Shown one piece after another: positions 30,292-38,794 of a stretch of DNA of 64,000 bases. The notes beneath the pieces are model-generated. The model saw only the letters and a list, made by a program, of their open reading frames with translations. It was not told the DNA's origin and did no database searches. The translations under genes were made by a program, and so were the position numbers. Source of the DNA: Candidatus Obscuribacteraceae bacterium (lineage in GTDB: Bacteria; Cyanobacteriota; Vampirovibrionia; Obscuribacterales; Obscuribacteraceae); NCBI GenBank assembly GCA_044226015.1, contig JBGAHS010000001.1:672001-736000 (forward strand). Reading direction: 5' to 3'. Every line of letters begins with the position of its first letter. Positions within the stretch are counted from its first letter, which is position 1.

Positions 30292-32343
30292 ATGAGCAAA
30301 ATGAATCGCCGTTTCTTAATAGTTACAAGTTGTCTAATCTCCCTCGTCGCAGCAAGTGCGTCAAACTCAGCTAACGCAACAAAGCTGAATGCGCGTCCAC
30401 TGCCTTCAGAGCGAGAATTGAAAGATTTCGAAAATAGCCAGACTAGCGCGCCGACAGTGAGCCGCTTCTCTCGTCGCATGGACTATCGCGACGAAGAAAA
30501 GGCGAAGCAAGAAGCCGCTGAGCAGGCAAAGAAAGAAGCAGTCGAAAAGGCTGCTATGGCTGAAAAAGAGCACTTCGCTGCCGGCAAGAAAGCCCAGCAA
30601 GCTGCTTTGGAAGCTAACAATAACGGAGTCGCGATGGGTAAGGCCGGTCGTTGGACCGAGGCTATCCAGGCTCATGAGAAGGCTGTTCAGCTTGACCCAC
30701 AGAACAAGCAATACAGAATCAATCTGTCAGCTTGTCGCACAACATTCGGTCAAGCACGTTTGAACGCGAAAGATTTTGATGCAGCTTCTGGACTTTTCCG
30801 CAAAGCTCTTGCAGCGGCACCAGACAATGGTTTAGCGACCAAGCTTCTGAACGATACCTTGAAGAAGCAAGGCAAAGACCCGAGCTCAGTTGAAGAAAGA
30901 GTTTCTATAGGTGACCAGCTCATGGCTGTTCGTGATGTAGAAGCTGCACTTGTTGAATACCAAACAGCGCTTCAACTTGAATCATCCGCTCGCACTTTCA
31001 CAAAAATGGGTGATGTTGCTCTTCACTGTGGTCAACTTTCAACAGCAGCTAACTGGTATCGTCAAGCTCTGAACAAAGATGCTAACTTCAGCTCAGCGCA
31101 CAGACAATTGGGCATGCTTCAACTGCAAGCTCAAGACAACACTGGTGCCGCAGCTTCACTTCGCAAGGCAGTTATTCTAGATTCAAAAGACAACGTTGCA
31201 GGTCAAGCTCTCGTTGAAATCTGGCGCCGTCAAGTCGCGACAAATCCACTTCTTGCTGAAAATCATCTTGGTCTAGCAGGCGCACTGCAGTTGACCGGCG
31301 ACTTCCATGGTGCTGAAGATGAATACAACAAGCTCGCAACTCTAGAGCCAGGAAATCCTGGATTGCAAGCTGGACGTGCATCACTTCAACGCGCTAGACA
31401 GCATGCAGCTGCCGAAAAGCACAGAGCGGCTGCCGAAACTTTGTTCAACCAGGGACTGAAGCGTGAAGCTCTCGCTGAAATTGGTCAAGCAGTCATGATT
31501 GAACCAAAGAATGCTCGTTATCAATTCCTTTTGGGTGAATGCCTCGAAGCAAATGGTGACCTCCGTGGTGCTCACCAGGCTTACATGACTTGTGTACTCA
31601 TCGACCCAGAAAAGAACCAGGAAGCTGCTTACCGCATGAAGGAAATGCAGCGTGGTTCTGGAAACAACATGCCTGTGCAACAAGCTCGCATGCCACAAGC
31701 ACCGATGCAAATGCAACAAGCTCCAATGCAGATGCAGCAAGCTCCAGTGCAAATGCAACAAGCACCGATGCAAATGCAACAAGCTCCAATGCAAATGCAA
31801 CAAGCTCAGGCTCCACAAGTTCAAAAGAATATGTTTGAAGGTGGCAATGGCATCGCCAATGTAGCTAACACTCAAATGGGTTTTAGCACTCACGGTGATG
31901 AATCGCGTATGCCAGCTCCGCAACAGCTTGCAGCTGTTCCGCAAATGCAGCAGGCAGCTCCAGTTCAAGCTCCAGTACAAGCTCCAGTTCAAGCAGCAGC
32001 GCAAGCACCTATCGGAAGTCAGATTGACCCAGCGCTTGCTCAAAAGTTGAACGAGCTCGAAGCAGCCAGAGACCATGAATCAGCAGTTGGCTTGCTGCGT
32101 CAAGTTCTCACTCAGAACCTGCAGAATCCAGATATTCACCACAAACTGGCTGTGAATCTGTTGGCTGCAGGCAACGTGACAGAAGCAATCTCTGAGTTCC
32201 GAATTGCATCGGCACTTCGCCCAGGCAACAAGGAGTTCGCAATCGACCTTGCAAGAGCAATGGAAATACACAAACGTTCCCAGGAAAGCGCGAATGAAGA
32301 GCAAGTTCCAGCAGCATCAGGAAAAGAGGTAGCCGTTAAATGA
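30292..32343 (+). CDS. Secreted multi-TPR protein with a Gln/Pro/Met-rich linker
   Basis: Signal peptide (MNRRFLIV...ANA) and many TPR units (EAIQAHEKAVQLDP, AHRQLGML, ARYQFLLGECLE). Its stop codon overlaps the rpoB-like start (ATGA). Confidence 0.88.
   Translation: MSKMNRRFLIVTSCLISLVAASASNSANATKLNARPLPSERELKDFENSQTSAPTVSRFSRRMDYRDEEKAKQEAAEQAKKEAVEKAAMAEKEHFAAGKKAQQAALEANNNGVAMGKAGRWTEAIQAHEKAVQLDPQNKQYRINLSACRTTFGQARLNAKDFDAASGLFRKALAAAPDNGLATKLLNDTLKKQGKDPSSVEERVSIGDQLMAVRDVEAALVEYQTALQLESSARTFTKMGDVALHCGQLSTAANWYRQALNKDANFSSAHRQLGMLQLQAQDNTGAAASLRKAVILDSKDNVAGQALVEIWRRQVATNPLLAENHLGLAGALQLTGDFHGAEDEYNKLATLEPGNPGLQAGRASLQRARQHAAAEKHRAAAETLFNQGLKREALAEIGQAVMIEPKNARYQFLLGECLEANGDLRGAHQAYMTCVLIDPEKNQEAAYRMKEMQRGSGNNMPVQQARMPQAPMQMQQAPMQMQQAPVQMQQAPMQMQQAPMQMQQAQAPQVQKNMFEGGNGIANVANTQMGFSTHGDESRMPAPQQLAAVPQMQQAAPVQAPVQAPVQAAAQAPIGSQIDPALAQKLNELEAARDHESAVGLLRQVLTQNLQNPDIHHKLAVNLLAAGNVTEAISEFRIASALRPGNKEFAIDLARAMEIHKRSQESANEEQVPAASGKEVAVK
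31696..31800 (+). repeat. Five 21-bp tandem coding repeats (QAPMQMQ)
   Basis: CAAGC[AT]CC[AG][AG]TGCA[AG]ATGCA[AG] x5. Confidence 0.92.
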
Positions 32344-35300
32344 GCTTCTATTTCCAACCCCCAGATCTAGCTGAATTCCCGAGACGTTCGTACAGAAAGT
32401 TTCTCGAAGAAACAATTGGCAAGCTTTTCACTGAAATTTCGCCAATTGGCAGTGAGTTCAACAACCGTTTCGAAATCTCTTTCATCGGCACCGATGGAAA
32501 GGCTCACTGGAAGTTCGAAGACTACGGCATCGACTCCGGCTACCCAACATCGGCTGAACATGCTCGCAAATCTAACATGACGCATGCTCGCAGATTGCTC
32601 ATGGACATCTGGCTTCGCGATACTCAGACTGGCGTACTGAGAAAGACCACCGCTTACATGGGTGACGTTCCAGTAATTACCGACCGCGGAACCTTCGTCA
32701 TCAACGGTTCTGAGCGTGTCGTCCTTGGACAGTTGGTTCGTGCTCCTGGCGTATACTTCTCCAACCCAGACAATCAAATCTACAAAGCTTTGATTCTTGG
32801 TGAACTTGGCGCTCCAATTTCTTTTGAACTCGACCTCGAGACCGGAACAGGCAAAACCAGCCGCGCTAAGTGCCGCATCAAGTTGCCAAAGCGTGGATGG
32901 GTTTCAGCTGTAACCGTTTTGACAGCAATGGGCGTTGATTGGGATACATTGCAAAAGCGCATCTTCCCTTTGCTCAACAAGCATCGCATTGAGTACAAAC
33001 AACTCAACGCTTCCGAAGCCCTCTCAACCCTGGGCAGAGCCTGGAAGCCAGACGGTGCCGGCGGCGCAGGTGCTGGTTCTTCAGCACTTCAAGAAATCAC
33101 AGACCGTCGTCGTTATTCACTCGGTGATCTCGGTCGTCGTCGCTTCAACCGCAAACTAGACTCTGAAATTCAATCACTTCAGCTCACCAAAGAAGACATT
33201 CTTCTTGTTGTTGAATACTTGCTCAACCTGCCACTCGGCAATGGTACGACCGACAACATCGACAGCCTTGAAAATCGTCACCTTCGTGGAATTGGCGATG
33301 TTCTGACCAAAGCTGTTCGTCCAGCGCTTGCGCAGATGGTTCGTTCAGTTCGCACAAGACTCGAACTGCATGAAGATGATGAAGAAATCGGCAGCCCACA
33401 GGACTTTCTTGATGTTCGTCCTTTCGCAAATGCAATCAACAAGTTCTTCTCGGGCAATCCGTTGGTTCAATATCTCGACCAGCAAAACCCACTTTCTGAA
33501 CTTTCACATCGCCGCCGTATCACATCTTTCGGACCTGGCGGTATTGACCCGAACGCTGCACCGACAGAGATGCGCGACGTGCATCCAAGTCAGATTGGTC
33601 GCGTTTGCCTCGTAGAATCTCCTGAAGGTAAGAACTGCGGTATGGTGTCTTATATGGCAACATTCTGCCGCATCGATAACGACGGTTTCATGACCGTTCC
33701 TTACCGCCGTGTTGTTGATGGTGTAATGACAGATGCTGTCGATTACCTCACACCAGCTGACGACAAAAAATACACACTTGCACCACCCGATACCAAAGTT
33801 GATGGCATTCGCATTTGTGGACCAACAGTTTATGCTCGCCGTGGAGAAAGCTTCTATAACGTCGAACCGAGAGAAGTCGACTATATAGGAATTGCTCCAC
33901 AAGGTTTCCTCTCCGTCGGTTCCGGATTGATTCCTTTCCTCGAGCATGATGATGCCAACCGCGCTTTGATGGGCGGCGGCATGATGCGTCAAACTCTGCC
34001 TTTAATCAAGCCAGAGCGTCCACGCGTCGGAACCGGCATGGAAAAGATTGTTGCTAAGTCTTCTGGTCACTCAATCACCGCAAGACGCGCTGGCACAATC
34101 ACCAAGGTTACTGGCAAAGAAATTAGAGTGACACAGGCGTCTGGCGAATCGCGCACTTATCCTCTAATCCGCTATGACAGAACCAACCAGAACACCATTC
34201 TCGACCAGCGTCCAGCTGTGAAAGTTGGTGACAAAGTCGAAGCCGGACAAATCATCGCTGATGGACCTGGCATCGAAAAAGGCGAACTGGCACTCGGACG
34301 CAATCTCCTCGTAGCTTTCATTCCATGGAATGGACAGAACTATGAAGATGCTATCGTTGTCCGCCGTGGTTTGGTTCGTGACCACAAGCTAAGCCACATC
34401 GAAATCGAGAAGCACACAATCGGCGTTCACCAGACATTGCGTGGACCAGAAATCTTGACTCCAGAGCTTCCGAATATTTCTTCGAAAGATCTTGAGCATC
34501 TCGACGAGCGTGGCATCGCAAAGGTCGGCGCTTATGTTGAGCCTGGCGACATCCTGGTCTCTAAGCTTTCACCAAAAGAAGCTAAAGCAATGAGCGCTGA
34601 AGAAGAATTGCTTCAAGCAATCTTCGGAAAAGTCGCAGAAGAAATGGCTGACACCAGCTTGCGTGTTCCACACGGCTCTGGCGGTCGCGTCATCGATGTG
34701 CGCATCTTCACCCCGGAAACAACTCCAGAGTTGAAAGCTGGATTGATTTGCGAAATCGAAGTGCTCATCGCAAGACTCTGCCCGGTAGAAGTTGGCGATA
34801 AGCTCGCTGGACGCCACGGAAACAAGGGTATCGTTTCCATCATCGTTCCAGACGAAGACATGCCATATTTGCCAGACGGCACCCCTGTTGATATTTGCTT
34901 GAACCCACTGGGCGTTCCAAGCCGTATGAACATCGGACAGGTACTTGATACTCAGCTCGGTCTCTACTCGCAAATTCTCAACCGCTACTATCGCATTCAT
35001 CAATTCGATGAATCGTTGAGCCCAGATGCTTCGTTCAAACTAGTCAACGATGCACTTGCTGATGCTCGCAAAGTTCCAGGTTATGAGTGGATTGGCGAAA
35101 ACGGCAAAACAACACTTTATGACGGCAAGACTGGCGAGCCATTTGATCGTCCAGTTCTGGTCGGTCGCCAGTACATGCTGAAACTGAATCAATTGGTTCT
35201 GCACAAAATTAATGCTCGCTGCGGACTGGGTGGTCCATACGCTGCTGTAACCCAGCAACCCGTTGGTGGTAAAGCGAATCACGGCGGTCAGCGCATGGGT

Positions 35301-36179
35301 GAAATGGAAGTTTGGGCAATTCAAGCATACGGTGCTTCCCATATCCTTCACGAAATGATGACTGTAAAATCTGATGATGTAGAGGGACGTCACCAGATTT
35401 ATTCAGACATGGTACAAGGCAAAGAACTTACATCCGGAAAGAGAACCGCTGCGTTCGACGGACTTTGCTGCGAAATTCGTGGACTGGGTCTGGAAGTCAC
35501 TCTGGGCAAAGTTCTCGATGTCGAAGAGCCAATCGAGTCCAAAGCCTGCACCAAGAAGGGCAATGTCAAAACGAAGTCACTGGAAGAAGAATATCAAGTC
35601 AGCCATGTCGATCAACTCGAAGAAGACGGCAAGAAGATGGTCGAAATTCCAGCTGGCGATTATGAACCATTGATTCGTCCAACCGCTGAACCAGTTCTTG
35701 TTTCACTCGGAATGGGCAGAAATGCAAACAAAGTTCAATTTGATATGTCGGAAGAACCACTTATCGACGACATCGATGAAAACACTGAGTTGCAGCTGAT
35801 CGATGATTTCATCAGTGCCGAAACCGACGACATTATCGCTGCGCTCGGCAACGACAAGCCTGTTCAACCAGAAGCACCATGTTTGCGTAACATTGGACTC
35901 GATGATGTCGAGGACGAAGCCGAAGACATCTTCAGTATCAGTTCAATTATCAGAGCTGAAGCTGGCGACACTTCGATTCAAGGAACCGATGCTGCAAGAG
36001 CCGCAGTGCGTGCCGCTCAAAAGAGTCTCTGGGGTGATGATAAAAAAGATGAGCTGAGCTTTCCATCGTTCAGCGAACTCTCTTCACTTTCGCAACAACT
36101 TTCACAGCTCCTCGTTGGCGAACCCGAAAACGAGTTCAAGCCAGCAAATAATGAGCTGACGATTCTCACCAAGGAGTAA
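32340..36179 (+). CDS. rpoB: DNA-directed RNA polymerase beta subunit, divergent orphan paralog with acidic C-terminal extension
   Basis: GTFVINGSERV, DQQNPLSELSHRRR, RDVHPS, ESPEG, IPFLEHDDANRALMG, GELALGRN, NYEDAI, GDKLAGRHGNKG, NPLGVPSRMNIGQ, GGQRMGEMEVWA, TVKSDD. AGAGGT RBS. No adjacent rpoC or rplL. Confidence 0.95.
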   Translation: MSFYFQPPDLAEFPRRSYRKFLEETIGKLFTEISPIGSEFNNRFEISFIGTDGKAHWKFEDYGIDSGYPTSAEHARKSNMTHARRLLMDIWLRDTQTGVLRKTTAYMGDVPVITDRGTFVINGSERVVLGQLVRAPGVYFSNPDNQIYKALILGELGAPISFELDLETGTGKTSRAKCRIKLPKRGWVSAVTVLTAMGVDWDTLQKRIFPLLNKHRIEYKQLNASEALSTLGRAWKPDGAGGAGAGSSALQEITDRRRYSLGDLGRRRFNRKLDSEIQSLQLTKEDILLVVEYLLNLPLGNGTTDNIDSLENRHLRGIGDVLTKAVRPALAQMVRSVRTRLELHEDDEEIGSPQDFLDVRPFANAINKFFSGNPLVQYLDQQNPLSELSHRRRITSFGPGGIDPNAAPTEMRDVHPSQIGRVCLVESPEGKNCGMVSYMATFCRIDNDGFMTVPYRRVVDGVMTDAVDYLTPADDKKYTLAPPDTKVDGIRICGPTVYARRGESFYNVEPREVDYIGIAPQGFLSVGSGLIPFLEHDDANRALMGGGMMRQTLPLIKPERPRVGTGMEKIVAKSSGHSITARRAGTITKVTGKEIRVTQASGESRTYPLIRYDRTNQNTILDQRPAVKVGDKVEAGQIIADGPGIEKGELALGRNLLVAFIPWNGQNYEDAIVVRRGLVRDHKLSHIEIEKHTIGVHQTLRGPEILTPELPNISSKDLEHLDERGIAKVGAYVEPGDILVSKLSPKEAKAMSAEEELLQAIFGKVAEEMADTSLRVPHGSGGRVIDVRIFTPETTPELKAGLICEIEVLIARLCPVEVGDKLAGRHGNKGIVSIIVPDEDMPYLPDGTPVDICLNPLGVPSRMNIGQVLDTQLGLYSQILNRYYRIHQFDESLSPDASFKLVNDALADARKVPGYEWIGENGKTTLYDGKTGEPFDRPVLVGRQYMLKLNQLVLHKINARCGLGGPYAAVTQQPVGGKANHGGQRMGEMEVWAIQAYGASHILHEMMTVKSDDVEGRHQIYSDMVQGKELTSGKRTAAFDGLCCEIRGLGLEVTLGKVLDVEEPIESKACTKKGNVKTKSLEEEYQVSHVDQLEEDGKKMVEIPAGDYEPLIRPTAEPVLVSLGMGRNANKVQFDMSEEPLIDDIDENTELQLIDDFISAETDDIIAALGNDKPVQPEAPCLRNIGLDDVEDEAEDIFSISSIIRAEAGDTSIQGTDAARAAVRAAQKSLWGDDKKDELSFPSFSELSSLSQQLSQLLVGEPENEFKPANNELTILTKE

Positions 36180-36185
36180 CTTAGA

Positions 36186-37901
36186 ATGGCAGATGCACCA
36201 AAAAAGAAAGGAAGGTTTGTGAGACTGACGAGTCTCACGATGCTGACTGCATCCGCATTAATGACTGTGGCACCTGCAGCACTCGCTGACTACGCCGAAT
36301 GTTTAGGTGGACCGCGGCAAACAGATACTCTGAGAAATCCATTAGTTCCGGGCGCACCAAGCGGTTTGCCCGGACAAGCCGTTACAGGGTCCAGACCGCC
36401 AGCTGTCGGTGATGGTTCATGTCCTGCTCCCTTGATTCAAGGTGATGGCAACGGTCCAACCCGTGTCACAAGCGGTTATGCAGATCGCGGACATGGCAGT
36501 ATTTTCCAGGCCGGTGGCAGCCAGGGCGCTAAGGTTCCTTATGGCTACATCGGTGGTGCGGGTCGCTATCCGACATCTGCTGGTCGTCAGCAAGGTATGT
36601 ACGATTACGGTCAGGGTGCGCGTTACGGCAAAAATACTTATGAAGCCGGCGCAAGCAATCTTGGTCAAACAACATATGAGTCCGGAATGGAATTGTATGG
36701 ACAACGCAAGTATGACGCTGGTCAAGGCATGTATGGACAGACCATTTACCAGGGCAATGGTGGTGGCTATGGTCAACGCACCTACGAAATGGGCGGACAA
36801 ATAGCTGGTCAATCTACCTATGAAAGCGGCATGGGAAATTATGGTAACCGCAGCTATGACTACGGTCAGGGACTTGCTGGACAGGGCACCTACCAGAGTG
36901 GAGCCGGCAATTATGGTCAAAGAACTTATGAAAACGGATCTGAGTTAAGCGGCTCGTCTATGTATGACAATGGCGCTGGAAATGGCGGCATGCGCAAATA
37001 CGATAATGGCGGCGGCAACACTGGCTCGCGTATGTTCGACAATGGTCAGGGCAATGGCGGCACTCAGTATTATTCTGGTAAAGGTCGCGGCGGTCAGATG
37101 ACTTACGACAATGGCCAGGGTAATGGCGGAAAAAAGCTTGGTGATGGTGGCGCCGGAAATGGTGGCACCCGTAGCAATGATTTTGGAACAGAGGCCAACG
37201 GCAGCAGAATCAACAATGATGGTGGCACGCGCACAGGTGCGCAGGGTGTCTACAATGCTGGTGGACCACGTTCAAATGCAGACCAGTCGAATGATAATGT
37301 ATTTGCCCATGACAGACAGGGCAACAACTATGATTTCCAGGGTCCGCTTCCAACAGTTCGTACATTCTGTCGTTATTTAGTTATTCTCGGTGTTGTTGCC
37401 GCCTGCGTTTGGGTAGGCATGGCAGCCATCGGCGTTGTGATGGGTAATCGCAATGGAGTTGAAAGAGTTGTCGGAGCGATTGCAGGTCTTCTGCTATTGC
37501 TTGCAGGCTACACCATCTGGAAGATTGTCCAGATGAATACGTTCAAGGCCAATACCACTGGTGTCTGGTCAATGACTCGCGGAATGGCTCAGCCCAAACC
37601 ACAAAATGGACCAGTTAATCCTCCGCAGAACTTCGCTCCTCCAGAAGACCCAGGTCAGACTCCAGCAGCACCTGGACCAGGAGCCAACCAACAAGAGCAA
37701 CGTCAACGTACTGGTCCTCAAAACTACCGTCCAACGCAGGGTCAGACACCACGTGAAATTCAAGGTCCCTACAACTATCGTCCACAAGGTGGCTACACCG
37801 GTCACCCACAAGGTCCAAACAGAGTCGGCAGCTATGACATTCCTCCTGCCAATATCGTGCCTGAACCGCCCGAAATGCCTGTAATCAACCCGAATAGATA
37901 G
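36186..37901 (+). CDS. Exported Gly/Tyr-repeat protein with a TrbC/VirB2-pilin-like two-TM hairpin and Pro/Gln-rich tail
   Basis: AAGGAG RBS, starts 6 bp after the rpoB-like stop. Signal peptide ending ALA. 12-aa repeats. TM pair YLVILGVVAACVWVGMAAIGVVMG-NRNGVERV-VGAIAGLLLLLAGYTIW. Confidence 0.75.
   Translation: MADAPKKKGRFVRLTSLTMLTASALMTVAPAALADYAECLGGPRQTDTLRNPLVPGAPSGLPGQAVTGSRPPAVGDGSCPAPLIQGDGNGPTRVTSGYADRGHGSIFQAGGSQGAKVPYGYIGGAGRYPTSAGRQQGMYDYGQGARYGKNTYEAGASNLGQTTYESGMELYGQRKYDAGQGMYGQTIYQGNGGGYGQRTYEMGGQIAGQSTYESGMGNYGNRSYDYGQGLAGQGTYQSGAGNYGQRTYENGSELSGSSMYDNGAGNGGMRKYDNGGGNTGSRMFDNGQGNGGTQYYSGKGRGGQMTYDNGQGNGGKKLGDGGAGNGGTRSNDFGTEANGSRINNDGGTRTGAQGVYNAGGPRSNADQSNDNVFAHDRQGNNYDFQGPLPTVRTFCRYLVILGVVAACVWVGMAAIGVVMGNRNGVERVVGAIAGLLLLLAGYTIWKIVQMNTFKANTTGVWSMTRGMAQPKPQNGPVNPPQNFAPPEDPGQTPAAPGPGANQQEQRQRTGPQNYRPTQGQTPREIQGPYNYRPQGGYTGHPQGPNRVGSYDIPPANIVPEPPEMPVINPNR
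36600..37265 (+). repeat. About 18 degenerate ~12-aa coding repeats Y[DE]xGxGxxGxxx
   Basis: For example YEAGASNLGQTT, YESGMELYGQRK, YDAGQGMYGQTI, YESGMGNYGNRS, YQSGAGNYGQRT, YDNGAGNGGMRK. Confidence 0.88.
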
Positions 37902-37987
37902 AGATTAGAGCTAGTTCAGGAAAGAAAAAATCAGTATTAGAGACGGTTTTCACGCTATTCGAGAAAGAAAATAAACGGTACAACAAT

Positions 37988-38722
37988 ATGGTAATCGAGA
38001 TACAAGCAGGAAAAATGGCAATGAGCATGGCACTTGCCGCCGTGATACTCTCCGCCATTGCTCCAGCGGGCGCTACGCAACCTCGTAGTGAAGTCCGTGA
38101 GGATCGATTCGACAGAAGCACACCGCCACCCGCGCCAACGCGGGCACCACTGACGGGAAATGTATACTCTGTTCGCACCAATCCGCAGCCTGTTCTCAAC
38201 GTGCCTCATCCTGAGGTCTCAAAGCAAAGCACACCACAAGAATGGTTCAATGCGCTGGACACATATGTGGGCTTTTACAGACCAACCGACAAGGATAAGT
38301 ACGTCATAAATACCCCATTTAACGATGAGGTAGAGAAGGTAAATGCCTTCTGCAAAACTGTCGCTGGCGTTGCGCATAAATATCGAGCATTGGCCAAAAA
38401 CCTAAAAGCTATGCCGATTTCGACAAATCTTCCTGACCAACAAAAGGTCAAAGAATATAGAGATTTGCTCGCTAATTGGTACGACGACTCTGCGGTTGTT
38501 TATGAGGACATGATTCGTCCCAGACCAGCAGCAAAAACAAAAGAAGAACTGCAAGGCATGATTGGTTCCATCAGGGACAGATCAGAAAGCTTGAAGTCAA
38601 ATCTGGAACTTCTGCAAAAAATGGATTCAGACATCAGACTCTCTTGCCATGTAGACCCACCCAAATACGATGACATGATTCGCAAATATGCTGGCGAAGC
38701 TGGCTACGCAGGTCATCGCTAG
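37988..38722 (+). CDS. Hypothetical secreted alpha-helical protein
   Basis: Signal-like MALAAVILSAIAPAGA followed by amphipathic helices. No family recognised. Confidence 0.7.
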   Translation: MVIEIQAGKMAMSMALAAVILSAIAPAGATQPRSEVREDRFDRSTPPPAPTRAPLTGNVYSVRTNPQPVLNVPHPEVSKQSTPQEWFNALDTYVGFYRPTDKDKYVINTPFNDEVEKVNAFCKTVAGVAHKYRALAKNLKAMPISTNLPDQQKVKEYRDLLANWYDDSAVVYEDMIRPRPAAKTKEELQGMIGSIRDRSESLKSNLELLQKMDSDIRLSCHVDPPKYDDMIRKYAGEAGYAGHR

Positions 38723-38794
38723 CTCCTCCCCACTCTCTCCAATTCCCACACTTCAGGCTAATTTTTTGCCTAAAAAACAGAGGACTCCACCATC

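Noticed and set aside
31590..31864. Cys-rich or Ala/Thr/Ser repeat peptides in alternative frames (RiPP- or metallothionein-like)
   Set aside because: They are frame-shifted readings of the QAPMQMQ repeat in the TPR gene, with no RBS or modifying enzymes.
32340..36179. rpoB-like gene as a pseudogene, or as a phage or plasmid polymerase
   Set aside because: The frame is intact over 1279 codons with a good RBS, retained catalytic-side residues and host-like codon choice by eye. It is colinear with cellular RpoB and no phage genes flank it.
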